A DNA stretch of 64,000 nucleotides from Okamejei kenojei (GCA_035221665.1 CM069163.1:23312001-23376000); one strand, 5' to 3'; positions 26,925 to 40,219 are shown, counted from the stretch's first letter. Program-made: numbers and translations. The notes: a model not told the origin generated them from the letters alone.

Positions 26925-27185
26925 GCACCGTGGCAGGCACAGCTGCTGCCTGAGAACCAGAGATTTAGGTTTAAACCTGGGTGCTGACTGCATGTAGTTC
27001 GGATATTTTTCTTGTGACTGCACAAGTTTCGTCACACCCCAAAGACGCACAGGGTCATCGGCCTCTAAATTACCCAGAAATATATAGGAAGTGCATGTAA
27101 AAGTGGGAAAACTGAGCTGAATGGCTGATTAATAGTCCGCATGGACTGTCCACCAAAGGGCCCGTTTCCATGCTGTATCTTTCGA
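26925..27185 (+). mobile_element. HE1/V-SINE-like element (degenerate)
   Basis: Similar to 21255-21545. Confidence 0.6.
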
Positions 27186-29434
27186 ACATCATTCAGTTCT
27201 TGTGATGGATCAACTCTATGGTCTCTCTGGAGGGTCAAGTCTTGAGCTGGGGGTGAAGTCATGTCTCTATCAATTAGAGTACATAGCATTCCCCATGTCC
27301 CCTTGGTGAAGCAATGTTGCCCTCAAGTCCTCTCCTACCTAAAGTCAAGTTAAACCTCTATGTTAAACCTCACCTACACTTAAATGCCAAGTTGTTGCAG
27401 TGATTTTTACGAGTGGTTGCAGTGTCAGATTCACTGGAATGCTACTGTAGCTAAGTAGGTTCAACTAAAGATTTAATCCATGAGTTTGTAAAATTAAAAT
27501 GCTTCTATGTTAAAAAGTTAATGTTGAAGAGAAATAATTTCCTAAATGGGGTCAATGAAGAAAATGTATCATAAACTAAGAGTTAGCTCATTCATGAGCA
27601 ACATGCAGAAGTATTATTCAGTACAAAGGATCAGTATATAAATCTGCCCCCAAGATGCTTTGAACCTGGCAATAAATTGAAGTCAAGAGACTTATTTAGC
27701 AAAGATGGCAGTTATGAAGAGACCAGCTATGATCTAATTGATCTAATCTCTATCAGCGTATTTTAGCCAACAGCACAATCATATTGTCTAAAGTTTGCAA
27801 TGCATCTCCAATGCCGCGCGAAAATTGAACTATAGACCTTTTCCCCAAAAAAATCTATAGAGATAAATTAATTGAAAAGCCGCACATTTGAAATGTCGAA
27901 GATAGAGTTATAACCAAGTTTATTCTTGTGTTTACAAAAGCAGACTGCTAAGGTTAAAACGATTTTAGTTAAAAAATGCAGAACTAGAAATGGACAGTCC
28001 AGAAGCAAGCCCAATACTCCATTTAGACAACTGATCCCAGGCTGAAGTTTTCAACAAAGTTCCAAATCATTATTTGCAAACACTTCCCACTTTTCCTCGG
28101 CATAGCTACATTTTTCTACTTTGCTCCAGTTCTGGATTCCAAATTGAATAGTTTCTGTATTTACCCCAAGTCATTCTAATCATCTACACATAACCATCTT
28201 AGTGAACTTGAGCTTCAAAAGTTGTTTGGTCCAGATTAGGAACCTTTCATAGAAAATATTGTTTTACAATAACATCATCAATTGCTTACATGCATTTTCC
28301 CCTCCCCATGGAAGTTTACTCATTTGCTACATTTCTTTTTGCCAGTTTGACTTTTCAAAATTGTAATGCCATGTGGCAAATTGGAGAGTTTTATGCAGCA
28401 AGCTTAGCATATTATTGGTTTAGAAATCCCATTATGTGGAGGTGTTGATATTCAAAGAGAAATCATGTTTGTAGGTGCTTGTCCCTAGTGTGGTACTGAG
28501 CCCTAGACCAGGGCTGGTAGTGAGCAACAATGAAACCCAATTCTAGGAAGTTTGAAACTATTTACTACTCCATCTGCTGCCCAACCCTAATAATTCCAAA
28601 TTTGTGCAATCACGGAGCTTTCACTGGTTTGCACCCCAAGCCTAAAGAGGAGGTGCCAAACTGAAAATGCAATGCAAACATTAGTGTATGGAAATGGGCC
28701 CTTCAGCTGAGCTTCTCAGTCTAAAGGGTCTCACCCAAAACATCACCCATTCCTTCTCTCCAGGGATGCTGACCCGTCTCGCTGGGCTACTCCAGCTTTT
28801 TGTATCTATCTTTGGTGTATAACTAGCATCTGCAGTACCATCCTACACATTCTTCAGCTCAGCTCCTTCCAGCTGTTGAAGATGCCTCAGCCAAGATAAT
28901 CCCATTTGCCTATGTTTGGCCCATATACCTCTAAACCTTTCCATTCATTTCCACACCTTTTCAAATAGCTTTAAAGTGCTGAAGTACCTGCCTCGACTGG
29001 TAGATCCTTCCATATAACCTCTAAAATAGGTTTCCCGAGTGAATTATTCGGGATGTCATTATCCAATTACAGTAACATTCCATTGGGCCCACTGGAAGGC
29101 GACAAGAAACCAGACTGTTCCCAAGCTTGGGAAATAGTTTCAGCAGCCAGGTTCCACCTGATGAGATGAGAACCATGAGCTTTAAGAATGACAATTCCCC
29201 ATACAAGTGCATCAAGTAGAACAACCATAACCATTTGATTGCAAGCATTAAAGTGTCAAGATTCAGCCAAGTAGACCGTTATTTTTGGTGGGATCAGAAA
29301 CACAACATCAGGAAACAATTTAGAGGATGGAGTAAAAATGCTAGGACCAGAATGGTTTACATCATCCTTGGCAAGCTAGGAGGTTTAAGGAAATTTGAGC
29401 AAGCAAGCTTGAAAGAGTAACAGATCAGTTAAAT

Positions 29435-29710
29435 TTAGGAAACAGGCCCTTCAGTCCACGCTGACTATTAATCAGCTGTTCCATAGTGTTATGTTATCTC
29501 ACTTTCTCATCCACTCCCACAGTAGGATTTTACAGAGGCCTACATACCTCATGCTTTTGGGATGTGACAGCAAACCAGAGCACCTAGAGGAAACTCACCA
29601 GGTCATAGGGGCACAGAATACGTGCATGGTTCACAGATAGCACCCAAGGTCAAGATCGAACCTGGGTCTCTGGTGCTAAGACAGCAGCTTTATCAGTTGC
29701 ACCACTGCTG
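29435..29710 (-). mobile_element. HE1/V-SINE-like element
   Basis: Reverse complement of the SINE head (ggtcaagatcgaacctgggtctctgg) and V domain. Confidence 0.7.
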
Positions 29711-30239
29711 ACCTAAAAATACTACAACGTTTTTGCTCACATTTTCCACTTGATACAATATAAAGTGACATCAGTCTTAAGTGACTAAGATGGTCAGGGG
29801 AGCAGTTGCATGGGAAAACCACCAGCAAGATGCACTCTCACACCTTGAGCATTCATCACCATGGGAACAGGGCTCATTCTGCTCAGCCAACGTGATCTCG
29901 ACTACTCCTCCGTGCCAGACAACTGACCCCAAACGCCGCTTGGAGACTTCAGGTGGTGCAAAGAGATTCCAAATCTCACATTTAGTCGCCTTGATCCCAC
30001 CAAGTAAATTTGTCAACACAAATTTCACTCAAGATCTCAATCAGAACCCCACCTTAATCTTTTAAACTCAAAATACACCGGTTCTCAATGTAACCTTTTA
30101 AGACGTAGCACAGCGAAACTAGGATTTAAAGCAAAAAGCGCACAGTTTGCAAACGCACGGCTGGGGAATTGACACAAGTTTGAAAGGAACTCAAGATTCT
30201 TTAAAGTAGTTGTGCACTAAAAGGATCAACCGTTCAAGT

Positions 30240-31873
30240 AGGTAATGATATACTGTTTATTAAAAGCACAAAAGTACAGATACAAACACAGTAGAGATGA
30301 TGTTGACAGATGAAACCTCCCAAATTAAAACTGGTCAGTTACACGCTATAAACGTTTCATTAAAAACTTTGAGCCTTGACACCTTTTTACAACAAAAGGC
30401 TTCGCCAAACAAACTTTGGCAAGAAAATTTGCATCGGGTAACATTTCGTTCAGTTTTACCGATTTATAAAATGGAAACACTGTTAACAGCCTCACCATTT
30501 AACTGCACGCTCACGTTAAAAGGTTTACTGTGTTGAACTGCTCGACGACAAAACAAAACGTTGAAAAGCTTTTGGAACCAGATTAATTGAGGGGGTGGGG
30601 GGGGGGGGGGGGGGGAAGAACTGTTCTATTTACAAAACGCAAAAATAAAAATTGCAACCCTGATCTGGACTAATGCTCGTCTGAAGTAGCGTTTTAATCC
30701 GCGTTCATCACCTCGCGCCGTTTCAATGACTATTGCCCCCGACTATAACCAAATGAAAGTTGAATTTGGGAGTGGGAATGTGTAGGAAATCATTCAGCGT
30801 TAAAATACTATGCAGACCAGTGTCAGACGGGTGACTTTTCCATGTTAGGTGGGATGTTACCAGCGCAATATCGACTTTAAAATAGAAATCACTACACTGT
30901 TTCAGTGCTCTGCATTTAAAATTCGTACCAAACGCACAGGAGAATCAACGTTACAAGTCTTCCACTAATGTAATTTCAAACACACTTTGGACGAATTGTT
31001 CGCGATTCACATTGCGCGCGTTAAAGTTTTAACAAAGGGGAAAATATCTTTCCAAATTATAATTGGTTGATGTTTCGCCATCGTTAAAACAAACGCGAAA
31101 CGAAAATAATTTTAGAAACAGCGTTTAAAAAGTGCTCCCAATGCAGGAAAACCAACATTTAAAACAATAGCGAGCCAATGGGCCCCACCACTCCCAAAAG
31201 GGAGGAGAAGTTGATGCAATTTGAAGTCGCGTTGTCTCAAATAAGAAAGTTAAAATTTAGGAAACCTTCAGAAGTCTGCTGAATTTTAAAAGGAGACGTT
31301 TTCGGGGGGAAAAGTTGCGCCACAAGATCAATTTAATTCCGCATTGTGGAGAGCCGGTGCATGTCTCCTTTAAAAGCGCAGGGCCGGGTCACGTGACGCC
31401 GCCAGCTTCCCCCCGCCCCCATTCAACCCAACGGCGACGATCCCTGGCGTCAGGGAGTCTGACACCATTTAAAGGGACAGCGCTCCTCTTAAAGCGACAC
31501 CAATTTCGCGCTGGTTTGGAAAAAAAGTGGCTCTCAAAATCCGTGGCTTCTCGTTTTTAGCTCTGGGGGGAAAAAAAAACCCTAATTCCACCTCCCCAAC
31601 CCCATCAAAGATTTACGCAAGTCAATCATCCAATTTCCGGGGGAGGGGTCGTGGGGGTGCTGACCTCCAAGTCCTACATTGTAAATTATTGACTTTTTAA
31701 GTTGCTATGCTTTTAAGTTCCGAACCTCCAAAACAAAAAAAAATAACACGTTTGTCTCCAGTTGGAAGTGTGGTCCAGATTTGTTCAGCCTGTTACATTA
31801 TAAAAATAATAAACACAGCACAAGCACACGCATCGCGCACACACACACACACACACACACACCGGGGAAGCGC
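30240..31873 (-). terminator. IER5L: Probable IER5L 3' UTR (~1.6 kb) ending at AATAAA 30256-30261
   Basis: TE-free, relatively CpG-rich stretch downstream of the stop codon. The first AATAAA I found on the - strand is tttatt at 30256-30261. Confidence 0.6.
31838..31862. repeat. (CA)12 microsatellite just 3' of the IER5L stop codon
   Basis: Direct observation; reads (UG)n in the mRNA. Confidence 0.9.
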
Positions 31874-32725
31874 TCAGAAAGCCACGATCGCTCTAGTCCA
31901 TGCCCCTAAACTGGCGAGCGCCTGTTTGCTGCACAATTGCCCGTTCTGTTTGACTTCTGACTGAAGCAACTGCTCCGAGTCCGCCCGGCTCACCAAGCCG
32001 GAGAAGCCCGAGCCGAAGATGGAGATAAGGTTGGAGATGTTGGAAGGGTCCGTGCAGTCCAAGGTTTGCCCGGAGCTAGAGTAGTCTTCGAACCGGACTC
32101 GCTTAACCGGCGAAGAAAAGTCTTCTGCTTCGTTTGGGTAAAAGCTACTGCCAGAGTCCGACTTGCGCTTCCTGCCGCCGGGACTGCTGGCGCAACAACA
32201 GGCGCAGTCTTGGAGGTAGCCGTTGTCCACAGTGGTGACCGTATGAGTGTCCAGATCCAGCACTGTGGTCTTGGTACAGTGGGTCCCACCAACGCCACCA
32301 CCTCCCGACGGCTCATAGTTCGTGCCTGGGTACGAAGCCGAGCAAGAGAGCCGGTAAAGAGGGTGCTCAGGTTCCGCGTCCTTACTGAGTTGAGTGTGCA
32401 GGTGGCCGGGCTGGTGGTCGAGCGGGCTGCAGACGTTCTCCCCTTGGCCGCTGTTTGACTCCACCATCTCTTCCACCACTTCGAGCGGGTGATTGCCTTG
32501 GATCTCTCCCGAGATGTCTAACATGTCGTGTACCTCCTCGTACTGGTGCATGCCGTAGATCTCGGCGTACTTCTCGCTCATGTAGACTTGCCGGGCGTTT
32601 CGGAGCACATAGGAGACCAGGAGGTTCTTGTGAAGCTTGATACCTCCTCTCTGAGTTCTCGAATTGTGGATTTTGCGGAGAGAGATTGTGATCAAGCTTT
32701 GTGCATTGACGGCACAATCCATCAT
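31874..32725 (-). CDS. IER5L: Immediate early response 5-like protein, single-exon gene
   Basis: N-terminus MDCAVNAQSLITISLRKIHNSRTQRGGIKLHKNLLVSYVLRNARQVY, central TTVLDLDTHTVTTVDNGYL and C-terminus SNISNLISIFGSGFSGLVSR...LCSKQALASLGAWTRAIVAF all match IER5L. The track's start at 32749 is GTG. Real ATGs are at 32725 and 32722; the latter has strong Kozak context and aligns with the mammalian Met1. Confidence 0.96.
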   Translation of the reverse strand: MMDCAVNAQSLITISLRKIHNSRTQRGGIKLHKNLLVSYVLRNARQVYMSEKYAEIYGMHQYEEVHDMLDISGEIQGNHPLEVVEEMVESNSGQGENVCSPLDHQPGHLHTQLSKDAEPEHPLYRLSCSASYPGTNYEPSGGGGVGGTHCTKTTVLDLDTHTVTTVDNGYLQDCACCCASSPGGRKRKSDSGSSFYPNEAEDFSSPVKRVRFEDYSSSGQTLDCTDPSNISNLISIFGSGFSGLVSRADSEQLLQSEVKQNGQLCSKQALASLGAWTRAIVAF

Positions 32726-32959
32726 GACCGACCGCCGTTGGTTCTCCACTCAATGAACAAGCCACTTTTTGTTAGTTGCCCCCACACACAAACAAAAATC
32801 CAGTCCTGTACTGGGGCGGGAGGGGAGCAGAGCTCGGCAGAGAACCTTCGCCTTTTTCTGAGTGCCTGTGTGTGTGTGTTCCCAACCCACAATACGCCTC
32901 CCCTCTTCTTCCTGCACTGACACTGCGAGCAGTAAGAAGGTTTAGGGCAAGCCACAGCA

Positions 32960-33069
32960 TTTATATGGCATGAATGAGTCATTTGCAATTTTCCCTGGCC
33001 ACTCAGACTGCAGAATCGTGAGCTGATAGACAGCATCACCGCTCCGCCCCGTGTGCATCGAACCAATGG
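32960..33069 (-). promoter_or_regulatory. IER5L: IER5L core/proximal promoter
   Basis: TATAAA on - strand (32960-32965), AP-1 site TGAGTCA (32975-32981), adjacent TTGCAAT C/EBP-like half site, GC box CCGCCCC (33044-33050) and NF-Y-type AACCAATGG (33061-33069). All lie about 240-340 bp upstream of the ATG. Confidence 0.75.
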
Positions 33070-33989
33070 GAGCGAGGCGGTTCCTCATTGCTGTTTAAAT
33101 CCACTGTGAAAGCTGAACTGACACAGGCAAGGCCGGGGAAGGAAAATGAAAATCGCTTCTATAGCTACACTGCAACTCGGAGCACCAGCTCTGCAAGGAA
33201 AAGCTTCACTCCTAAATTAGTCCCGCAAATAGAATAACCAGCATTTATCAGAACCCTTCATAACATTTGACACTCATTACTTAAAGCCTCAAGTTTAAAT
33301 GGAAGAAACAAATATTTATTGTATTTTTTCCAAATTTTATTAAAGTACACTTTTCTGTTCTCGTGTTAAATAATCAGGAATCATCTCCACAATTGGAAAA
33401 TATTCAGAGAAGCTAGTTTGGAGAGGGATTTTGTTTCATTTTAAATTTCTTGCTTCCAGATTTTGTAACTTTGTAAGCACCCTTTATGGGCGACTACCTT
33501 GGCTATGCAAGCAAAGAATTCCACTGACTTGTCACGTGTGACAATAAAGTATTCAATTCCATTCAAAGACATCTTAAGTAATATGTATATCGACATAGGT
33601 GATCATTTGTCTCAACTGGTCTATAGGGGGCAATCACATTGACATTATGTGCAGTTTTGCAGGATGAACGTGGATGCTTTGGAGAGAGTGCCGAAGAGAT
33701 TCACCACAATGCTGCCTGGATTAGATGGTATTACCCACAAAGAGGTTGGACCTACTTAGATTTAAGTGTTTTTTTAATAAGCATATGGATATGCAAGGAT
33801 GAAGGATTTAGTTTAAGTCTAGGCAGACATTTAATTTAATTTGTGATCATGTTCAGCACAAATATTGTCAGCCGAAGGACGTTCTATGTTCTATTAGTCC
33901 AATTCTCCTTCTTCTCATCTCCCTATCCCCCTGCAATGGACTATTTCCCATGCAGGCCCATTAATCCATAATTTCTCCCTTGATTTGTT

Positions 33990-34205
33990 CTGCCCTTAAC
34001 CTGCGCCAAATAGTAATTTACAGTTGCTAATTAACCTACCAGAATGTTTTTGGATAGGGGGAGAGGAAACCAGAGCACGTGGAAGAAATCCATATGAGCC
34101 CAGAGAGAACATGCAATTTCTGCACAGACAATACCTGAGGTCAGGATTGAACCTACGTCCCTGGAGCTGCGAAGTAGCAGCACCAATTGTTGCACCATCA
34201 TGCCA
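33990..34205 (-). mobile_element. HE1/V-SINE-like element
   Basis: gaggtcaggattgaacc (B box, reverse) and gagaacatgcaa V-domain signature. Confidence 0.7.
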
Positions 34206-35689
34206 GAGCAATTATGGAACACTGGAGTAATTCATGGTGGAGTGAATAAAATGTGAGTTATTCAAGAAATTGTACCTCTTGAACATCCTCTGATGGATGC
34301 AGGTCAGGAGGAGGTACTCAAAATGAAGAGGAATGAGCTATGAAGATATTTGGAAACCCGAATATTAATTTAAAAATTGAATAATTGCTTAACTAAGCAA
34401 TGTTTTGGAGGGCAAGGGAATCATAATAATCTCAAGTTATGTTGGAGATAATGAACAAGGCTAACCAGGAATATGCAAGAATAGTCAAGTCTAAAGAGAA
34501 GATAAGCAGACGAGAAGCTTTCAAGAACAGATGAGCTGAGGCAAGGATAGAGGCAGCGATGTCAGATGTGGAAATGGTTGGTTTTAATAATAATCAGGCT
34601 ATGTGAACCAAAGTTCACCTCAGGGTCAAACACGACACTAAGGTTTGCAGCTTCAGCTATCTTGTTAAACTTCAGATAGTTGCCAGGAAATTGTCTGGAA
34701 TCAGTAGTTTGGGAATAGAAATAGTGATAGGATGAAAGGAAATCTCTGCACAATGAGTGTTGAATGCGCCAGTCAGATAATGTTGGGTCAAACAAAGTGG
34801 TGGTGTAGTAGAACTGGATGTTAGCAAACTTTGTCTTCAAATTATGTTGCCAGGCAATAGCACTGAATGGGAAATAGGAGGGGGATTAGGGATGGATTCT
34901 TTAAGAGTTACCAGGGGTAATAGTATGGATAATGGAAGAGAAGCCATTGTAGGTGATTATCTGTCTTTGACTTTGCCCGGGCATGTCCCTGAGATCAGCT
35001 GGATAACCAGCAAGGGGCATTCAAGAAGGACCACATGGCCAAACATGTCAAGGGCAGAACAGAGGTCAGGATGGAAGAGAAGGAATATATAACTTTTATC
35101 ACAATCACACTGGATGTCCTCAGTGACCTGATCAGCTGTTTCAAAACTAATGGGGGTTGAAAACCCAGATAGAAAAATACGGAATCACAGAATCAGTATG
35201 GCACGGAAAGATTTCCATGGCATTTGTACTGGCTTTATTAAGAACTATCCAGCTATTGTCACTTCATTGTACCTCTCCATGTAGCCTTGCATTTTATTTT
35301 TTTATTTCAGATTCTTATGCCGCTTCCTTTGAATACTACAATTAAATTTCCTGTTACTGCTATCCAAATGTGCCGCTATTACATCTTTGATAATCAACTC
35401 CAGCATCTTCCCCACCACGGATGTCAGGCTAACTGGTCTATAATTCCCTGCTTTCTCTCTCCCTCCTTTCTTGAAAAGTGGGATAACATTAGCTACCCTC
35501 CAATATTATTAGTAATATGAAAGGAAGACTCTGCAACAATGCTACTGGGCAGCCTTGGTCCAAAATATAAATAGGGAGCTGAATTACAGAGGAGAGGAAG
35601 AAGTCTCTACCCTTGAGGCAGCATTTGACTGAGTATGATATCAAGAAGCCCAAATTAAAATTGAACTAATTTAATTGGGAACGAAAGTC

Positions 35690-36720
35690 TCAAATGACTG
35701 GATCTATACCCGGCACAATGGGAAATGAATGTGGTTGATGGAGATTAATCATTTCAACCCTGGATCATCTCAACTCAAGAACATTGCTCCAGGAGTCCCT
35801 TAACACAGATCTTATTCCAACCACTTTTTGCTGCTTCATAAATGATCTTCTTGCTATGAAAAATGATAGGAGTGGTTGCTAATAGTTGCAGAGTTTGGTT
35901 CCTCTCTCAACTGTTCACATAATGAATCAATCTGAGTCTGCTTATAGCAAGACCTGAATAACATTCAGGCACGGGCTGGGAAGCAGCATATTATCTTCGT
36001 GGAGCATAAATGCCATGCAATGATACTGGAAAATACTGGAAGTACACTGCAGGTCGGGCAGCATCCTGTGGAAAGAGAAATAATTAATGCCTCCGGTTCA
36101 GAACTGATGAAAGGTTCAAGACTTAAAATGTTAACTGGTTCTCTTTCCACAGATGCTGCTGGACGTTCTGTGTGTTTCCTGCATTTTCTGTTTGTATTTA
36201 CATTTTCCATTAGTTAGCCAATCTATTATCCATATTCTTATACATTTTACATAAGCCTATGTCCTCATATCCTGTGTAAATTTTATGTTTTACAATATGA
36301 AATGCCTTTTGGAAATGAAAATATACTGCATTTACTAGCTTCCATTTCTCATTTCATTTCCCATTCCTCATTTCATCCTCAAAGAATTCCAATAAGATTG
36401 ACAAACATGATATTCCTTTTATAAAACCACACTGGTTTTGCTACTACTCCCTTCATAATGGATTAATCTCCTACCTCCCTAAACCACCTATAAAGCACAA
36501 GCTAGGAGTGCGATGGAATGATTTTCTCTTGCCTGATAAAGTGCAGCTGCAATAACACTCAAGAAGCTTGACACCATCCAAAACAATGTAGCTGACTTGA
36601 TGCACTGCCTCTACCCCGAGCACACTATGGACGCAGCACATCATCCATGTGATGCAGTGGAATAACTTACCAAGGATTCTTTAGCATCAATTCCCCTAGA
36701 AAGTCAAGGGCAACAGGTAC
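35690..36720 (+). mobile_element. Old CR1/L2-related LINE RT remnants, with inserts
   Basis: Degenerate GVP..../F.CFINDL near 35790-35850 and YKAQ.RS.ME...AA.TLKKLDTIQ near 36490-36580. Confidence 0.55.
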
Positions 36721-39399
36721 ATAGCAGCAATGGATTCTGAAATTAAGGAAAATAGACAAACTCTGAATCAGAAGGAATTTGAGTAATGTTCATACAGAGT
36801 GAATTGTTGAGTGGCTGCAATATCCAAATCAAGCAGAAATGGAATCTCATCCTATTAATTGTAAACTTGTCTCATTACATCCTTTCTTAAGGTAGGATGT
36901 AATCCCGATATTGCAACCTAGCACATTGTGGATTTTGTACTTCTTTTTAATCTGTACTTTCTTTGTAATTGTAACTTTGTCCCTGTAATGGTAACACCAT
37001 AACACTGCATTCTGGTATTTTCCTTTTTGCATTTCCTGTTGTACTTGTGTATGGCTTGATTGTATTAATGTATGGTATGGTTTAACTGGACAGCACACAA
37101 AGTTTTTCACTGAATCTCAGAATACACAATAATCAACCAAACCAAAATTATCCGTACTTTGTTTGTTTAAGCGTATGAATCAGTGTGTAACTCTCTCTGT
37201 GTGATGGCAAATTTCCAACTTATCCAGTGACCTCTTTCCCAGTTGCCATTGTTACACAGGTAAGTAGGAGTGATCTTACGCAGACCTAATAGAACAGATC
37301 TTCCAGTCATTATTTCCAGTTTAATTGGTTGTTTATTGAAGTAGTTGTACAAACAAAGAGATGAATGTATCAGGTATTCCTTTTACTGCATGCAAGTTGT
37401 AGCTGGCTGTTCTTTCCCTGGTCTGGTGAGAACTGTATGCTCTCCCTCCCTGTGTCTGTCACTTCCTGGCCCCTACGCCCATATATATATACGCCACTCT
37501 GTGCATATAATGACCGCCCCCCAAGGGTCCAAGATATATCTAGACAAAATAATATAATATGCTAACAGAACCTAGCCTCAACATAAATGGCTCCTACAGT
37601 ATGTTTGCACCCGTGAGCAAAGACCGGATCATGTTTTGCTGTGCACAACTGAACAGTTGGTGAAGACTAATTGTCAAGTTCCACCATTCACGGCACCTGA
37701 AGAGGGAACATGGAGATGATATGCAGGGTTATCTTCATCTGCCTCGGTTCACAATCTTTGCTGCATGGTTGAATTTACAAACATTTTCAAATTGCAGGAG
37801 GAGCTATTCAATTGATCACTCAGTGGGCTTCTGGTGGCTCTTACTGAATGGTTGGGAGTAGGTTCCTTGCTAATTTTCTCTTGAGGTTGACCGACAGTCC
37901 AAGAAGACAGAAGGAAAAGGAAGGGAATTTGTGCGTAACCTGGCTGCCATGTTTCCCACAATGGTGGCTACAATTCAACTGTACCTTATTGTTGTAAAAT
38001 GCACTGAAAAGTCCTGACCAATGTCCTTGGAGCTCTGAGCTGTGGAAAAGAAATTCATTTTTAGGTCCTTTTGGTAATGCTTTATTATGGATAAATATTA
38101 ATTCTTAGTTAAGTAAACCATTAATTGATATGCACTTTTGGGGCTTTTCAATTTGGTTATTCTCCTTGTGCATTAAGAAAAACCTAATATATCCTGTGGT
38201 TTACTATACAATTGAAGATAAGTACATCAATGACAGGTTATGTCCTTTATCCCCTTTTTGAAAGAAAACAAGTCAGAACAGCAACAACTTGATTTTAAAT
38301 ACCATTTCTAATATAATGAAATGCTTTAAGCCTTTTTATAGGAGTTGTGTTTGCACAGGAATTTAAAATTTTAAGCATTTGTAAGGACAATTTATGAGGC
38401 AAATGTTTCTGTACATTTTCGAATGGTTATTTGTCAGGATGGGACAGGGTATCTCTGCTTGATAATGTTTTATTATTAATGTTTAATGTTTTACGTGTCA
38501 TTCCTAACTGTCACTGTACGTCATGTTGTCATTTGCGGGCGGAGCACCAAGGCAAATTCCCTGTATGTGAATACTTAGCCGATAAACTTATTCATTCATT
38601 CTTACCCCTCCTTCACACACCCTGGTGTCAAACAGTTTCTGGGATAGGAATGGAGGTTAAGGAATAAGGTTTGGGGTAGAATAAATTGTTTCAGTCTTCC
38701 TTAAATTTAGTATTTTATTTTTGTGGGAAACTTTAACACATCCCAGTTGGACATTCGATAAGTAGTGTAACATATTTAAGATAATGCAGAGATGTGATGA
38801 CAAGATTACTGTGAATACCTGGAAAACATGTCGATGAGAAATAGAAAGAGACCTCAGATAAAATAATCAGTAAATATTTTTATAGGGTTTGCTCTTTTTT
38901 TGGAGTGAAATTGGAGCATTTATGGTGAACTGACTTAAATTTAAGAAAAGGTTAACAGAAGTGACCATGCAATATTCCTATACTAAAGAGTTTATATACA
39001 ATAGGGATTCACTTAACATGGAGAAGTTAGTTGAATAATGTATCAAGTAAAGATTTTCATCTAAAGTTTAAACAACTTGTGGAAAATGTTAACAGGGGAG
39101 TATATCACAACAGGCAGTTTAAAAGCATTATAGAAGCAACTGAGATAGAAAGGATTGAGAGATATTTTGAGAAGATGAAAAGGTTTATCAACCTTTTCTT
39201 TTTCTTAAAATATCTTATGATCCTTAACTCAAAACATAACATTTTGAATTGATTCTTAATCTTTTTAAAGAATGTTGACAAAATTAGCTGAAGTATAGCA
39301 TAAGTTAACTCATGTGGAGTATATCCCTAGTTTTAGTGTTGAAAATATCAATGTAATTTCTTTACATGGCATTTTTGCACTTCACAGAAGCAATCAAAT

Positions 39400-40085
39400 A
39401 AGATTGTTTAGCATCTTCCTCATTTGTGGCAGTTTGCAAAATTTTCATCTGCATCTCGTGTTTGCTTCGTCATGGCGTCCAAGCTGTGATCTTTGTCAAA
39501 GAATCCACCACAGACCCAATCTTTTGCGAACTGGCATCAAGCAGGGCTGCGTCACTATTCCGTAACCTTTCTCAATCTTACTTGCTGCAATGCTGTAAGC
39601 TACCTCAAGCTTCTGTCTGGAGTGGAACTAATCTACAGGACAAATGGGAAATGTTCATCTTTTGCTGCCTCCACTCCAGTACCAAGGTCACTTCAACCTC
39701 GCCCGTAAGTTGTCTCACCTAGATCACACTTGCTCATGTGCACCTTCTGAGAAGAAGCTCCAAGTTGATGACTCTTTGACTGCAGCACGAGAGAACATGG
39801 ACTTCACACTTTTCATCCATAAAATAAACACTGCCATTAGATAGTAGATAATCCATAATGAGATCCTGGGAAAGATGGATTACCTCTTATATCTGTAAAG
39901 ACTCCTCACAATCAAGGTAGACACTGATTATGAAATTTACCAATGGGAGTCTGAGGAATAAAATGTTGAACCTCCAAACTGATATAAAGTGCACCGCCTA
40001 GTGTGGAACACGGACCCCTCACCTGCTGTATACTTCTGTGGATGTGGATTAATTCCACCAGGCACCTCAAAGCACTGGAGAGACA
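39400..40085 (+). mobile_element. RTE-clade LINE RT fragment
   Basis: RTGIKQGCVTIP and LSGVELIYRTNGK..., ...STKVTSTS motifs spread across three frames. Confidence 0.8.
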
Positions 40086-40219
40086 CCACCAAACGAACAC
40101 AAAGTGTTGGAATAACTCAGCGGGTCAAGCAACATTTCTGGAGAAGATTGATAGGTGATGTTTTGGGTTAGGGCCCTTCTTCAAACTGATTGTAGGGGAG
40201 GGAACGTGAAGAAAGCTGC

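Noticed and set aside
32726-32749. N-terminal extension MENQRRSV of IER5L
   Set aside because: It starts at GTG; the downstream ATG has strong Kozak context and aligns with the orthologous start.
32959-32969. CArG box (SRF site) overlapping the TATA box
   Set aside because: CCATATAAATG does not fit CC(A/T)6GG.
31990-33066. Overlapping alternative-frame and antisense ORFs around IER5L
   Set aside because: Expected by chance in GC-rich coding DNA; no recognisable domains.
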